From Nanobdellota archaeon (lineage in GTDB: Archaea; Nanobdellota; Nanobdellia; Parvarchaeales; Parvarchaeaceae): a DNA stretch of 64,000 nt. Shown one piece after another: positions 44,691 to 53,940 of the stretch. The position numbers and the translations under genes are program-made. Position 1 is the first letter of the stretch, and every line of letters begins with the position of its first letter. The stretch is taken from the NCBI GenBank assembly GCA_021811735.1, contig JAJZNK010000052.1, positions 5,803 to 69,802 on the forward strand, given 5' to 3'. The notes under the pieces were generated by a model. That model did no database searches. It was not told the origin of the DNA and saw only the letters and a program-made list of their open reading frames with translations.

Positions 44691-46142
44691 TTAGTTACTA
44701 TTTTGTCTAGTCTTTTCATTTCCCCTTGTAAGAGACAATATCGCCGCTATAACTAGCATAAATATTAGAAATATGAACGATAAATGCATTCCAGTTATAA
44801 ATCCGTTGGTTATTCCTCCTATAAGTTTTGAAGTTCCTACAAAAATTTCGAAAGCCAAGTATCGTGGTATAGCCATCGTCGCCGTGACTATAACGATTAT
44901 AAAACTTCCCATCATCCCTATACTTCCAAACAGACGAAGCATTCCCGAGGCTGTTCCAAATCTACCGGCTTCGCTGCTTTTCATTACAGCGCTGTTATTT
45001 GCAGGCCAAAACATCGCTCCTCCAATTCCAGTAATAGCAGATCCTAAAAGTACTATATATATTGTAGAATTTACTTGTAGATTAAGGTAGACTGCCACGC
45101 CAGCTATCATCACTAACAATCCGATGGTTGAAAGAAGTCTTGCACCATATTTATCGGAAAGTCTGCCCATAAACGGTGCGAATACACCACTTAATATATA
45201 ACCTGGAAGAAGTAACAGTGAAGCGTAAAAAGGGGAGAAACCTCTTACACCTTGCAGATACATTATAAGCATAAACGCGACGCCCATAAACCCAAGACCT
45301 TGAAACATTGAAGCCAAAATGGAATTGCGGAATATCTTGTTTTTGAACATTGAAAATTTTATTACCGGAGTACTGAAATTTTTCTCTCTGAAATAAAATG
45401 GTATCATAACGAAAAAACCAATTCCAAGTATTACTAAGTTCACAAAATTCAAACCTACTGAGGCGATTTTGACTCCAGAATAAAGTATCATCGAGAGAGG
45501 TACTGCAAGCAGGAGCATCCCCAAGATATCCAGTCTTTCTTTTTCTGTATGATTATATGTGATATATTTAAGCGCAAGTAAAAATAATCCTGCCCCTATA
45601 GGTACATTTATGAAAAAGATATACCGATAGCCTATAAAAGTGGTTATGATACCTCCCAGCACTATCCCAAGCATTGCGCCAACATTCCAACCCATCCCTA
45701 CAAATCCATACGCTTTGCCGAGTCTTTCCCTACGAAAAGTGTCAGCTATTATTGCCCCACTGTTTGAAGTCATCATCGCACCTCCCAATGCTTGGAAGGC
45801 TCTAAAAAGTATAAGACTTGTATCTGAGGGGGCTATTCCGCACATAAAAGAAAATATTGTAAAAATTGCAATCCCCGTATTGAAGACTTTTGATTTCCCA
45901 AATATATCACCTATTCTTCCGAACTGAGTAGACGCTACTGCTGTAATAAGAAGATATATAAGTATCACCCATATTATGGTCGAAAGATTCGAATGTAAAG
46001 CCTGTGTTATTGCTGGAAACGCAAGAAGCACTATGGTGGAATCTATCGATGCCATCAAGACTCCAATGACCAGTACAGCGAGGATTATATTCTCACTTGG
46101 TCCTTTCTTCCCTCTGTTGACAGTATTTTTCATATTTGACAT
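44691..46142 (-). CDS. MFS transporter, 14-TM drug:H+ antiporter (DHA2/EmrB-like)
   Basis: 483 aa with about 14 TM helices, a GRIGDIFGKSK loop motif and a FRAFQALGGA motif. Confidence 0.85.
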   Translation of the reverse strand: MSNMKNTVNRGKKGPSENIILAVLVIGVLMASIDSTIVLLAFPAITQALHSNLSTIIWVILIYLLITAVASTQFGRIGDIFGKSKVFNTGIAIFTIFSFMCGIAPSDTSLILFRAFQALGGAMMTSNSGAIIADTFRRERLGKAYGFVGMGWNVGAMLGIVLGGIITTFIGYRYIFFINVPIGAGLFLLALKYITYNHTEKERLDILGMLLLAVPLSMILYSGVKIASVGLNFVNLVILGIGFFVMIPFYFREKNFSTPVIKFSMFKNKIFRNSILASMFQGLGFMGVAFMLIMYLQGVRGFSPFYASLLLLPGYILSGVFAPFMGRLSDKYGARLLSTIGLLVMIAGVAVYLNLQVNSTIYIVLLGSAITGIGGAMFWPANNSAVMKSSEAGRFGTASGMLRLFGSIGMMGSFIIVIVTATMAIPRYLAFEIFVGTSKLIGGITNGFITGMHLSFIFLIFMLVIAAILSLTRGNEKTRQNSN

Positions 46143-46181
46143 ACGATAAAATCTATACGAAAATCTAATTTAAATTTATAT

Positions 46182-46646
46182 CTATTTGACAATATCTTGA
46201 AGGTTGTTTATAGTCTGTTTTACAACATCATTTATAGCCTGTCTTACAGTATCTTCCCCAAATAACTTAGCCATTTTTCCCAACTCTATTTCAGCCTTCC
46301 AACTTACAATAGTTGAATTTTCCTTTGCATTAATATCAATATATAATGAAATGGAAAATTTAAGTCCTATTGCAGAACCGGTGCCTGCTATTAGAACGTG
46401 TTTATTCTCAGTTTTTTCCTTTATTTCTGCAGAAAATTTGACGTTTAGATTCGATAAATAGCTGGCCCCTATAAATTTTAAAGTATATTTCTTTGCGTCA
46501 ACCTTAAACTGGAGCTGGAAGGCCTCACCACTTACCTCTGTTGCTGTTACGTCTGGCAAACACTTTGCAAATTCGCTAGGATTTGACACTACCCCCCATA
46601 TCTTTTCAACTGTTGAATTCACTTCGAAATTACCTGTGAGTTCCAT
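46182..46646 (-). CDS. SRPBCC-fold protein (CoxG-like)
   Basis: MELTGNFEVNSTVEKIWGVVSNPSEFAKCLPDV is typical of CoxG/SRPBCC. Met13 of the track ORF is preferred because it starts 1 nt after the upstream stop. Confidence 0.65.
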   Translation of the reverse strand: MELTGNFEVNSTVEKIWGVVSNPSEFAKCLPDVTATEVSGEAFQLQFKVDAKKYTLKFIGASYLSNLNVKFSAEIKEKTENKHVLIAGTGSAIGLKFSISLYIDINAKENSTIVSWKAEIELGKMAKLFGEDTVRQAINDVVKQTINNLQDIVK

Positions 46647-46647
46647 T

Positions 46648-47952
46648 CTAACTAAAAAGCCGCCTAGAATATAAGAAGTCAATTACTCCTGAATATATAT
46701 CAGAATATGTTTTTCCAGATGACTCGTTTATAATCTCTAGAAGTATATCTTTGCTTATAGACAATGATTTTGACATCTCATCTATATTTTCCTTTGTTAT
46801 ATCTGGCCAATAAAGTTTAATTTTATCAGTGCTAGAACTTTTACCAGAACCAAGTTTTTTGGTAATAAAATCACCTATATCTCTTGCCATTAATCTAGAA
46901 GTGCTTAATTTTCCCCCAACTATGCTAATTATTCCATTAATATCATCATTTTCAGAATGATCTATTATTCTGAAATCCCTGCTTATTTTTCTACTGTCCT
47001 TTTCATCACCTGCGGCTATCAATGGCCTAACTCCTGCGTAATATCTATAGACTGGATAGTCTGCCAAAGCTGGTATCATTTCACTGCCAGATTTATGAAG
47101 AAAATTTATATCTTCCTTGTCTATATCAAAATGGTCGGGATCATCAATTATAAAGGAAGTTGTGCCTACTATTGAGTCATTGAAAAATGGCACAATTATA
47201 TCACCATCCGATGGTTCTCTTAACCGATTTAATATACTTTTTGTAAATCTCCTATTTATTACGGCCATAGTTCCTGCGGAAAGTATCATGTCTATACTGT
47301 TTATACCCAACTTTTCGTTTAGAAGCTTGGATGTCCAAGCACCACTTGCATTTATAACCAAGTCTGCATTTATTTCCTTTGTTTCTCCATTATTATTCTT
47401 TATCTTTACGCCCCTTACTTCTGTCCCATCTTTTATAAAATTGATGACTTGCGAATTTAGATATACTTTTGCGGATTCTCTTTTTGCAGTAAGAAGCAAA
47501 CTCGTTATAAATCTAAATGAATTTATAGTCTTATCAGGTACTCTATAAGCGACCTTGACATCTTTGCTTAAAAATGGTTCTTCTTTAAGTATTCTAGTAG
47601 GTTCGACCATTTCTGTCGCTATCCCAGCCGCAGCACATCCTTTTTCAAATCTGTCCTGAAATGCCATGTCACTGGAATCCAATGCCACAAAGAGTCCACC
47701 AGTGTTTTCTATACAAAATGGTGCTATGTCTGATATTACTTTATTGTCAGTTATGCTTTCCTTAGCTGCGGCAACGTCATTCATTGCATACCTGGCCCCG
47801 CTGTGCAACATACCATGGAATTTTCCGCTAGTTCCACCGATTATATTCCCCTTTTCTATAACCGTTACATCAAAACCTCTGCTTGCCAGGTCGTGCGTTA
47901 TAAATGAGCCTGTAGCGCCCGCACCTATTACAACTATCTTGGTCGGTGACAT
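46648..47952 (-). CDS. FAD-dependent glycerol-3-phosphate dehydrogenase, GlpA-like
   Basis: VVIGAGATGSFITHDLASRGFDVTVIEKGNIIGGTSGKFHGMLHSGARY closely follows the GlpA N-terminal pattern. Confidence 0.8.
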   Translation of the reverse strand: MSPTKIVVIGAGATGSFITHDLASRGFDVTVIEKGNIIGGTSGKFHGMLHSGARYAMNDVAAAKESITDNKVISDIAPFCIENTGGLFVALDSSDMAFQDRFEKGCAAAGIATEMVEPTRILKEEPFLSKDVKVAYRVPDKTINSFRFITSLLLTAKRESAKVYLNSQVINFIKDGTEVRGVKIKNNNGETKEINADLVINASGAWTSKLLNEKLGINSIDMILSAGTMAVINRRFTKSILNRLREPSDGDIIVPFFNDSIVGTTSFIIDDPDHFDIDKEDINFLHKSGSEMIPALADYPVYRYYAGVRPLIAAGDEKDSRKISRDFRIIDHSENDDINGIISIVGGKLSTSRLMARDIGDFITKKLGSGKSSSTDKIKLYWPDITKENIDEMSKSLSISKDILLEIINESSGKTYSDIYSGVIDFLYSRRLFS

Positions 47953-47995
47953 AACGTTATCAGGTTTCTGATAATTAAATAGTTGTATTTATACG

Positions 47996-48676
47996 CTATT
48001 TTTTCCTCAATATCAACAAAGAATGATCTTTTTGGTAAGGGTATAAATCTATGCTTCGTAATACGTCAAATTTTCCCCTTAACTTATTCGTTTCGTTCCT
48101 GATAATTTCTTTTGGGTTTACAGAAACGTCTATACTCCTAGTTTTTATTGCAAAAACACCTATTTTACCGCTTTTTAGAAACATATCTGCATTCTGAATA
48201 AATATCTCAGTCTGATCCCTCTGTGCTACATCCTGGTATAAAAAATCACATTTTGGGACGGAGGACTTATACAACAAAGGTTTTCTTGCGTCGTTTACTA
48301 TTGGGAATATATTTTTCCTGTTATTTGCAAGCAAAACCAAGTTTACTGCCATTTCTTCAGCTATTTCAATGGCATAAACTTTCCCGTTCGTCCCTATCAT
48401 ATCAGAAACGTGAGAAACTGTAGTTCCGGAAGAGGCTCCTAAATATAGAACAGTATAGGAATTTTTTAAATCGATACTGGTTAACCCCTTGTAAAAAGCC
48501 GCTGCAAATTTGCTCCTATGTGGAATCCATTCTCTGTAGATACTATTGTTGTACCTGAAAATTTTTTCTCCATACACAGAAGCATCCCCATATGCACTTT
48601 GTGTAACCAGTGTTCTCTTGTTCTTGCCGTCATTTAACAGCCAATAAACTCCGTCAATCTCTTTTTTTAATTCCAT
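47996..48676 (-). CDS. flpA: Fibrillarin (C/D box sRNP 2'-O-methyltransferase)
   Basis: YREWIPHRSKFAAA, VLYLGASSGTTVSHVSD and YQDVAQRDQ motifs. Confidence 0.95.
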   Translation of the reverse strand: MELKKEIDGVYWLLNDGKNKRTLVTQSAYGDASVYGEKIFRYNNSIYREWIPHRSKFAAAFYKGLTSIDLKNSYTVLYLGASSGTTVSHVSDMIGTNGKVYAIEIAEEMAVNLVLLANNRKNIFPIVNDARKPLLYKSSVPKCDFLYQDVAQRDQTEIFIQNADMFLKSGKIGVFAIKTRSIDVSVNPKEIIRNETNKLRGKFDVLRSIDLYPYQKDHSLLILRKK

Positions 48677-49412
48677 TTTTATTCTTCACTCGCTTTATGG
48701 CTTCAATCATTTTTGACTTTATTTCCTTGCTTTTGTCAAGTTTTGAAAATACATCCGTTTTTATCGCAATAGAAGTATATGAAGCAACAATTTTCGCAAT
48801 CTTCCCCTTGAGTCCTTCCGGCGCTTCCATAAGAGCGTCATGATTGTATATTATACCGTACTTTGGTGTGGCTTTCTTCCTTCTAGCAGCAAACATTGCC
48901 TTTTCGGCACCCAATACTTGGAGCTTGGAGGAGGTCATTAACGCAAGAAGGCTTGCCTTTTTTCCAAGATATATCATTCTAGCTGCAAGTTCTGGGCCCA
49001 GAACTCCTGTAAGATTAGGGTATTTCTCGCCCATCAGACTGTAAAGCCTTTCATCCACGAATTTTTTAAGATCCGCAATGTTCTTCGCTTCGTTTACAGA
49101 CATAGAAACTATCTGTATATCTTCTTCATCAACATCGTAACCCATACTATCATCACTTATCCCTAAAAGCTTCCCTAGGGAAGTTCGATCGCAAGCACCT
49201 TCCAAGGAGGTTATAAAAGAATCTCTATCTTTCAATATATTGGCTGCTTCTGGATAATAGAGAAAATACAGGTCGTTTAACTGCTCAAAGAGCGTATTTT
49301 CGGATTTTTCTATAGAGTCTGAGAGCATTACCAGTTTTCTTATAAGATCATCTACCAACCAACCTTCTTTTATCTTTTTTCTAGCATTTTCTACAAAAAT
49401 TGAATTGTCCAT
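48654..49412 (-). CDS. nop5: Nop5 (Nop56/58) C/D box sRNP core protein, unusually short form
   Basis: Nop-domain sequence (LTGVLGPELAARMIYLGKKASLLALMTSSKLQVLGAEKAMF...PKYGIIYNH). At only 252 aa there is no obvious N-terminal fibrillarin-binding domain. It overlaps the flpA start by 23 nt. Confidence 0.85.
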   Translation of the reverse strand: MDNSIFVENARKKIKEGWLVDDLIRKLVMLSDSIEKSENTLFEQLNDLYFLYYPEAANILKDRDSFITSLEGACDRTSLGKLLGISDDSMGYDVDEEDIQIVSMSVNEAKNIADLKKFVDERLYSLMGEKYPNLTGVLGPELAARMIYLGKKASLLALMTSSKLQVLGAEKAMFAARRKKATPKYGIIYNHDALMEAPEGLKGKIAKIVASYTSIAIKTDVFSKLDKSKEIKSKMIEAIKRVKNKNGIKKRD

Positions 49413-49495
49413 AATTTTTTTGACAAGGGCAATCTAACCTTGCTAATGAATCCTTAGTAGTTATAGTGATTAATACTTTTTATAGACAGCTTAGC

Positions 49496-51073
49496 TCAAT
49501 CGTCGAATTTCGGGCCACTGCCCTTTTTTGATATGTCCGTCTTCTGCCCGTTAGTTGTTATAGTTATAGGTTCGCCCAGATTGTTCATCGTTTCTAGTGA
49601 TACAGGTATCCCCCACATATCTGATATCCTATTGAGAGCAGTTATAGTTTCTTTATTATAAAGATTGAACATCTGTGCTACCTCTTCCTCGAACTTCTCC
49701 CTCTGCTCCTCTGCGATTATTCCAGTGTATCTTTTTAAGAAACTTAAATCTTGCCTCAGAACCAACCTTGTCCCGTTAAAACTTCCTTTTGGAACGTAAA
49801 CCATCGGCCCATAGTTTTCAGTTTCAAGCAAAAGCTGGAAACGAAATATATTAGGATCTATCTTTGCATTATACTTTTCTTTTATATTGTCTATATCTTC
49901 CGGATATTTGTCTCCATACTGCCTGTCTATCAATGCATTCTTTTTATCTTTAATCTCATCTGCCAGTGCATTAAAAAAATCCGTATCTGCATATAAGAAT
50001 AGGAATTCCCAGTCGGTATATGATTTTACTATCCCTAATGCTTCGGTAAGGCCTTTGTTCTCCATTTTAACATAATTCCTCTTCTCTGCGTCGGAAAGGA
50101 GATTATACAACGGCCCGTGTTTACCTTCATTCCACCTTTTTTCTATATCCTTGAAAAGTCTAAAACCGAGGTAATATGGAAGCTGGGCAGGTGAAAGAAC
50201 ATCAGCTACCTGAAGAATGCCTTTTCTCATCTTAAAAGCAGTTTCTATATCAGTCTTCGCAACTTCCTCGACGTATTTATCTTCAACGAAAGTCGCAAAA
50301 CCCTCATTCATTATTTTTATTCTTACCCTCTTCATGAGCTTGTTTATATCATATTCCATATCGAGCAATTCTCTCTCCCAAGGGTTAAACTTAACATTGT
50401 CCAGCGTGAACTTATATACATCATAAACATCGGAATCCGGATTCGCTTTCTCAGTGTTGTAATATTTATTCTTCTTGTTTCTGTGAAAATCCGGAAACAT
50501 GTCCATCAATCCGCTCAGTGTTTGTGCATGATCATAAAGCTTTTCAACTTGCTCTATGCTCAGATTACTTTCCATTTCACGATATCTACCCCTATAAAAT
50601 GCATGCTTATTCGAATTCGAATCAATTGTCTTGAGGATTCTGTTGTTGTAATGCATATGAAGATGGCCGTATACGTGGGCCATGACGCTTAAAACCTCAT
50701 CGTATGTATCATTTTGGTTTATATAAACCGCCGTGTATTCCTTCTTTTCCAGCGTGTTGTAATAAGGGTGACCGACCATTTCATAAATTACTCCCAGTCT
50801 GTATTTCATCTGGTCTTCTTGCACGAGCTTCTGCTGACCGGCCTCCCACGACGGCAACGGTGTACCATATAGAGCCATTTTCTCAGCAAATTCCTCATTA
50901 TCCAGCATTTTAAACTCTACGTTTCCAAATGATAAACCGAGGCTATTGATCATAAAAGAAGCTATTTTTTTCGCTTCTTTTGTGTATTTCTCATCTATTA
51001 TTGAGCCTCTGGAGACAACTATATTTATCTCATTGCCATCAACCAGCAGCTTTTCAAGAGAGTCATGTGCCAT
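49496..51073 (-). CDS. spoVR: SpoVR/YcgB family protein
   Basis: Size and sequence pattern fit the SpoVR family (EEFAEKMALYGTPLPSWEAGQ, VMAHVYGHLHMHYNN, NEGFATFVE). It is the last gene of the prkA operon. Confidence 0.85.
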   Translation of the reverse strand: MAHDSLEKLLVDGNEINIVVSRGSIIDEKYTKEAKKIASFMINSLGLSFGNVEFKMLDNEEFAEKMALYGTPLPSWEAGQQKLVQEDQMKYRLGVIYEMVGHPYYNTLEKKEYTAVYINQNDTYDEVLSVMAHVYGHLHMHYNNRILKTIDSNSNKHAFYRGRYREMESNLSIEQVEKLYDHAQTLSGLMDMFPDFHRNKKNKYYNTEKANPDSDVYDVYKFTLDNVKFNPWERELLDMEYDINKLMKRVRIKIMNEGFATFVEDKYVEEVAKTDIETAFKMRKGILQVADVLSPAQLPYYLGFRLFKDIEKRWNEGKHGPLYNLLSDAEKRNYVKMENKGLTEALGIVKSYTDWEFLFLYADTDFFNALADEIKDKKNALIDRQYGDKYPEDIDNIKEKYNAKIDPNIFRFQLLLETENYGPMVYVPKGSFNGTRLVLRQDLSFLKRYTGIIAEEQREKFEEEVAQMFNLYNKETITALNRISDMWGIPVSLETMNNLGEPITITTNGQKTDISKKGSGPKFDD

Positions 51074-51074
51074 A

Positions 51075-52136
51075 TCAATTCAAAAGGCTATCGAGCACTT
51101 TTTTAACGTTTTTATAAGATACATCATTACCAGATTTTACAGCATTGGCTTTCTCCCCTCCCATCGATACAAAAGCTTTGTAAAACTGATCAGAATATGT
51201 ATCAACTTGCAGATAAAACGCCTTTGTTAATCTTGGAAAGAGTGTTTTGAGCGTTGAGTAAAGTTCTTCTCCGTTATCACCCGTGTCCCCATCTGTAATA
51301 TGCAAAAGAAAAACATCCTCGCTTTCATATTCGATTTTGCCCCTGGACGCTGAAATAGAATTATAATGTTTACCATCCATCATATCCAATACCATCTGAT
51401 ATGCCGGTTGAAAATAAGTTCCTCCTCCCGCAACAAGTTTAAAGAAGTCCTGACTTTTCTTAGAATCCATTTCGACAGCATCTGTTGTATGTGCTATATA
51501 TCTTATATTGACAACATTATTGTATCTTTGCCTGAGCCAGAACTCTATTAATCCTGCAATAGTTGCCGAAAATTCACCGTAAGAGGACATCGACCCGCTG
51601 ACGTCACGCATTATTACAAACGTTGCAGAAAGATTTGGAAGTTCTTTCTCTTGAATTAAATTATAACGCATATCTTCATCCGTTACATTCACTTTAAATC
51701 CATGCTCTTTAAAATAGCCTGTAGCCATATGTCTTTCGAGCATAGCCTCTATAGTTTTTTCCTGATTTTCGTCTACACCGTTTTCCGCAATCAATAACTT
51801 GTAAAGTTTCTTGGTCTTTTTTCCTGGCTTACTGAAGGATAAACCCCAACTTTGCATCATCTGTTTTAAACGTCTTTTATCTATTCCAAGATTTACTACT
51901 CCTTTTCCTCCCCCACCGTGCCCCTGTCCATCGCCTTGCCCATCGCCTTCTCCTTCGCCCCCTCCTTCTCCAAAGGCACTGTAAGAAATCATAGGATTTC
52001 TTTTTACGGGTATGGTCTTTATAACCGTTTGTCCATCATTTATGTTATGTATATCGATGGAAGAAAGAATTAAATCGTCTTCTTTATCTATTTTTCGCCT
52101 GTATTTGTCTTCTGCATCACCCAACTCGCTAGTCAT
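51075..52136 (-). CDS. yeaH: YeaH/YhbH (DUF444) protein with a vWA-like MIDAS motif
   Basis: Gly/Asp/Glu-rich linker (GEGGGEGEGDGQGDGQGHGGGGKG), then FVIMRDVSGSMS (D-x-S-x-S), then HITDGD. It overlaps the upstream gene by 8 nt. Confidence 0.85.
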   Translation of the reverse strand: MTSELGDAEDKYRRKIDKEDDLILSSIDIHNINDGQTVIKTIPVKRNPMISYSAFGEGGGEGEGDGQGDGQGHGGGGKGVVNLGIDKRRLKQMMQSWGLSFSKPGKKTKKLYKLLIAENGVDENQEKTIEAMLERHMATGYFKEHGFKVNVTDEDMRYNLIQEKELPNLSATFVIMRDVSGSMSSYGEFSATIAGLIEFWLRQRYNNVVNIRYIAHTTDAVEMDSKKSQDFFKLVAGGGTYFQPAYQMVLDMMDGKHYNSISASRGKIEYESEDVFLLHITDGDTGDNGEELYSTLKTLFPRLTKAFYLQVDTYSDQFYKAFVSMGGEKANAVKSGNDVSYKNVKKVLDSLLN

Positions 52137-53931
52137 ACATCAATGTCCCCCTCGTATATACTTTCAATGCTTCTTCAATTGCCCTATCAAAATAACCTAA
52201 ATTACTTTTGAGGAAATTTTTAATATAGTGGTAAAGTTCAGTCGTCTTGTCAATTTCTCCGTCGCCCAGAAAACTGTCATACTTACTCTCTCTTTTTATG
52301 CAGTCAGTACCGGTAAATGTAAGAAAATTGAATATACTCTTGAAGTCGGCAGAATAATTTACAATGCCGAGTGGCACAACTTTTTCTCTAAATTCATTAG
52401 AGTAAGTTTTCAATCTTTCAATATCGAAATACCTGCTAGCATCTGAGAGATATCCGTTAGAATCCTTGAATTCCCGTGACTGTGGGTTTATCAAAGAATT
52501 AAAGTAAGCGCCTATAGTCTGAGTGTACTCTTTAAAGTGATCTCCAAAATAAAATGAAAGTATTGCATAGTCTATGTCGGATTGGACGTTTCTGGTAACA
52601 ACGTCGTCAATATAATCTCTTATTAGGTCATAGTCCTCGATACTTTCCTCATTTCTTTTTAAATATGAAGTTATATCTGAAAAAGACAACTCATTTTTAG
52701 AATTTCCAGAATAATTAAAATCTATTATATTGCTTATTGATCTTATAGAAATGCCTGAACTCCACCCACCTTGATACTCACGTCCACTAAAAATAAACAT
52801 TTTTGCTGCATCGGTGAGGTATTTTTTCCCCACCACATCATATTTTGAATTGCGTGTATCATTTTCAGGTAAAGTATTGTCTATGAATTTTGAAATAGAT
52901 TGTGTCATTTTTCTTTCAAATTCGTCCAACCTTGAAGAGTCATAGTAATCTAATAGTTCAAGAACCTGATTTAAATCTTCATAATCACTACCTAATGCAG
53001 GAATTCTTGAAAGAATATTTATCTTCGCTATATATTCAAAGAAATTAGGTATTGTTTGCTTCATAGGGAGATTGTACTCTTCAATTATCTTAACCTCCTC
53101 AGAATATGACAAATTTCTTCTTACATTTACTTTAATTATCCTATCCAATAAAGGTTTGAATTCTTGAGGTTTATCTTTGGCCAGTGTCTCCATAAACGAT
53201 TCATTACTATGTATTATAACCATGCTGTCGAGAGGTATCCTATTGCCAACAGGGTCAGACAAATTGTTATCATACACATTGCTCATTAACTGGAAAATTC
53301 TCGGATTTATCTCACCCAATTTGATTTTATCCGCACTTATTGTCAAAATTGATCTATTCGAATTTTTCAGTACGTTTACGAAGGAGGGAGAAAGAAAGCT
53401 ATCCCCAAACTCGACTATAGATGATTCGGGGTAAATCCTTTCCAGTCTTATATTTTTGGAAGCATCCAATATCTTCTCCAAGTTTTGTTCGCACTGGTGA
53501 CATATTTCTGGTCTTTTTTGGTTCATCAGAAATTTTTTTGTGTCCAGATTTTCAGTGGAAATCTTTATATCTTTTGGGATGACAGATCTGTAAAGATTGT
53601 ATGGGTTTTCATTATACACACACTGGTGTCCATCTATACTGAGAGTAAATATTTCATTTTCTCGTGCATAAATTTTATAGGAGTGCAGCATGCTGTTTAT
53701 AAGCTCGGTTTTCCCACTCCCACTGGGACCTACAAGCAGCAAAATTGGGATATACCCTTGTCTTGATATAAAAGAAGCTTGTTCAAGAGCGTCCATAAGG
53801 TTCTCTTTCACATCCTTTATGCCATATATCTCCTCAAAAGGAGCATCCCTGGAGAGCATTGCCTTTCTTACTTTCTCAGCGGTAGTTTCCTCTCTCTTCC
53901 CAATCAGTCCTTCCAGACCGGCATCACTCAT
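52129..53931 (-). CDS. PrkA-like AAA+ protein, divergent second copy (600 aa)
   Basis: FEEIYGIKDV...ILLLVGPSGSGKTEL (Walker A) and CVYNENPYNLY. The latter corresponds to the PrkA CP..E.PL motif. Confidence 0.75.
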   Translation of the reverse strand: MSDAGLEGLIGKREETTAEKVRKAMLSRDAPFEEIYGIKDVKENLMDALEQASFISRQGYIPILLLVGPSGSGKTELINSMLHSYKIYARENEIFTLSIDGHQCVYNENPYNLYRSVIPKDIKISTENLDTKKFLMNQKRPEICHQCEQNLEKILDASKNIRLERIYPESSIVEFGDSFLSPSFVNVLKNSNRSILTISADKIKLGEINPRIFQLMSNVYDNNLSDPVGNRIPLDSMVIIHSNESFMETLAKDKPQEFKPLLDRIIKVNVRRNLSYSEEVKIIEEYNLPMKQTIPNFFEYIAKINILSRIPALGSDYEDLNQVLELLDYYDSSRLDEFERKMTQSISKFIDNTLPENDTRNSKYDVVGKKYLTDAAKMFIFSGREYQGGWSSGISIRSISNIIDFNYSGNSKNELSFSDITSYLKRNEESIEDYDLIRDYIDDVVTRNVQSDIDYAILSFYFGDHFKEYTQTIGAYFNSLINPQSREFKDSNGYLSDASRYFDIERLKTYSNEFREKVVPLGIVNYSADFKSIFNFLTFTGTDCIKRESKYDSFLGDGEIDKTTELYHYIKNFLKSNLGYFDRAIEEALKVYTRGTLMYD

Positions 53932-53940
53932 ATAAGAGCC

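Noticed and set aside
51895-51965. Apparent GC-rich short tandem repeat (ccatcgccttgcccatcgccttctccttcgcc...).
   Set aside because: It is the coding sequence of the Gly/Asp/Glu/Gln-rich linker of the DUF444 protein (GEGGGEGEGDGQGDGQGHGGGG). It is not a non-coding repeat or a CRISPR-like array.
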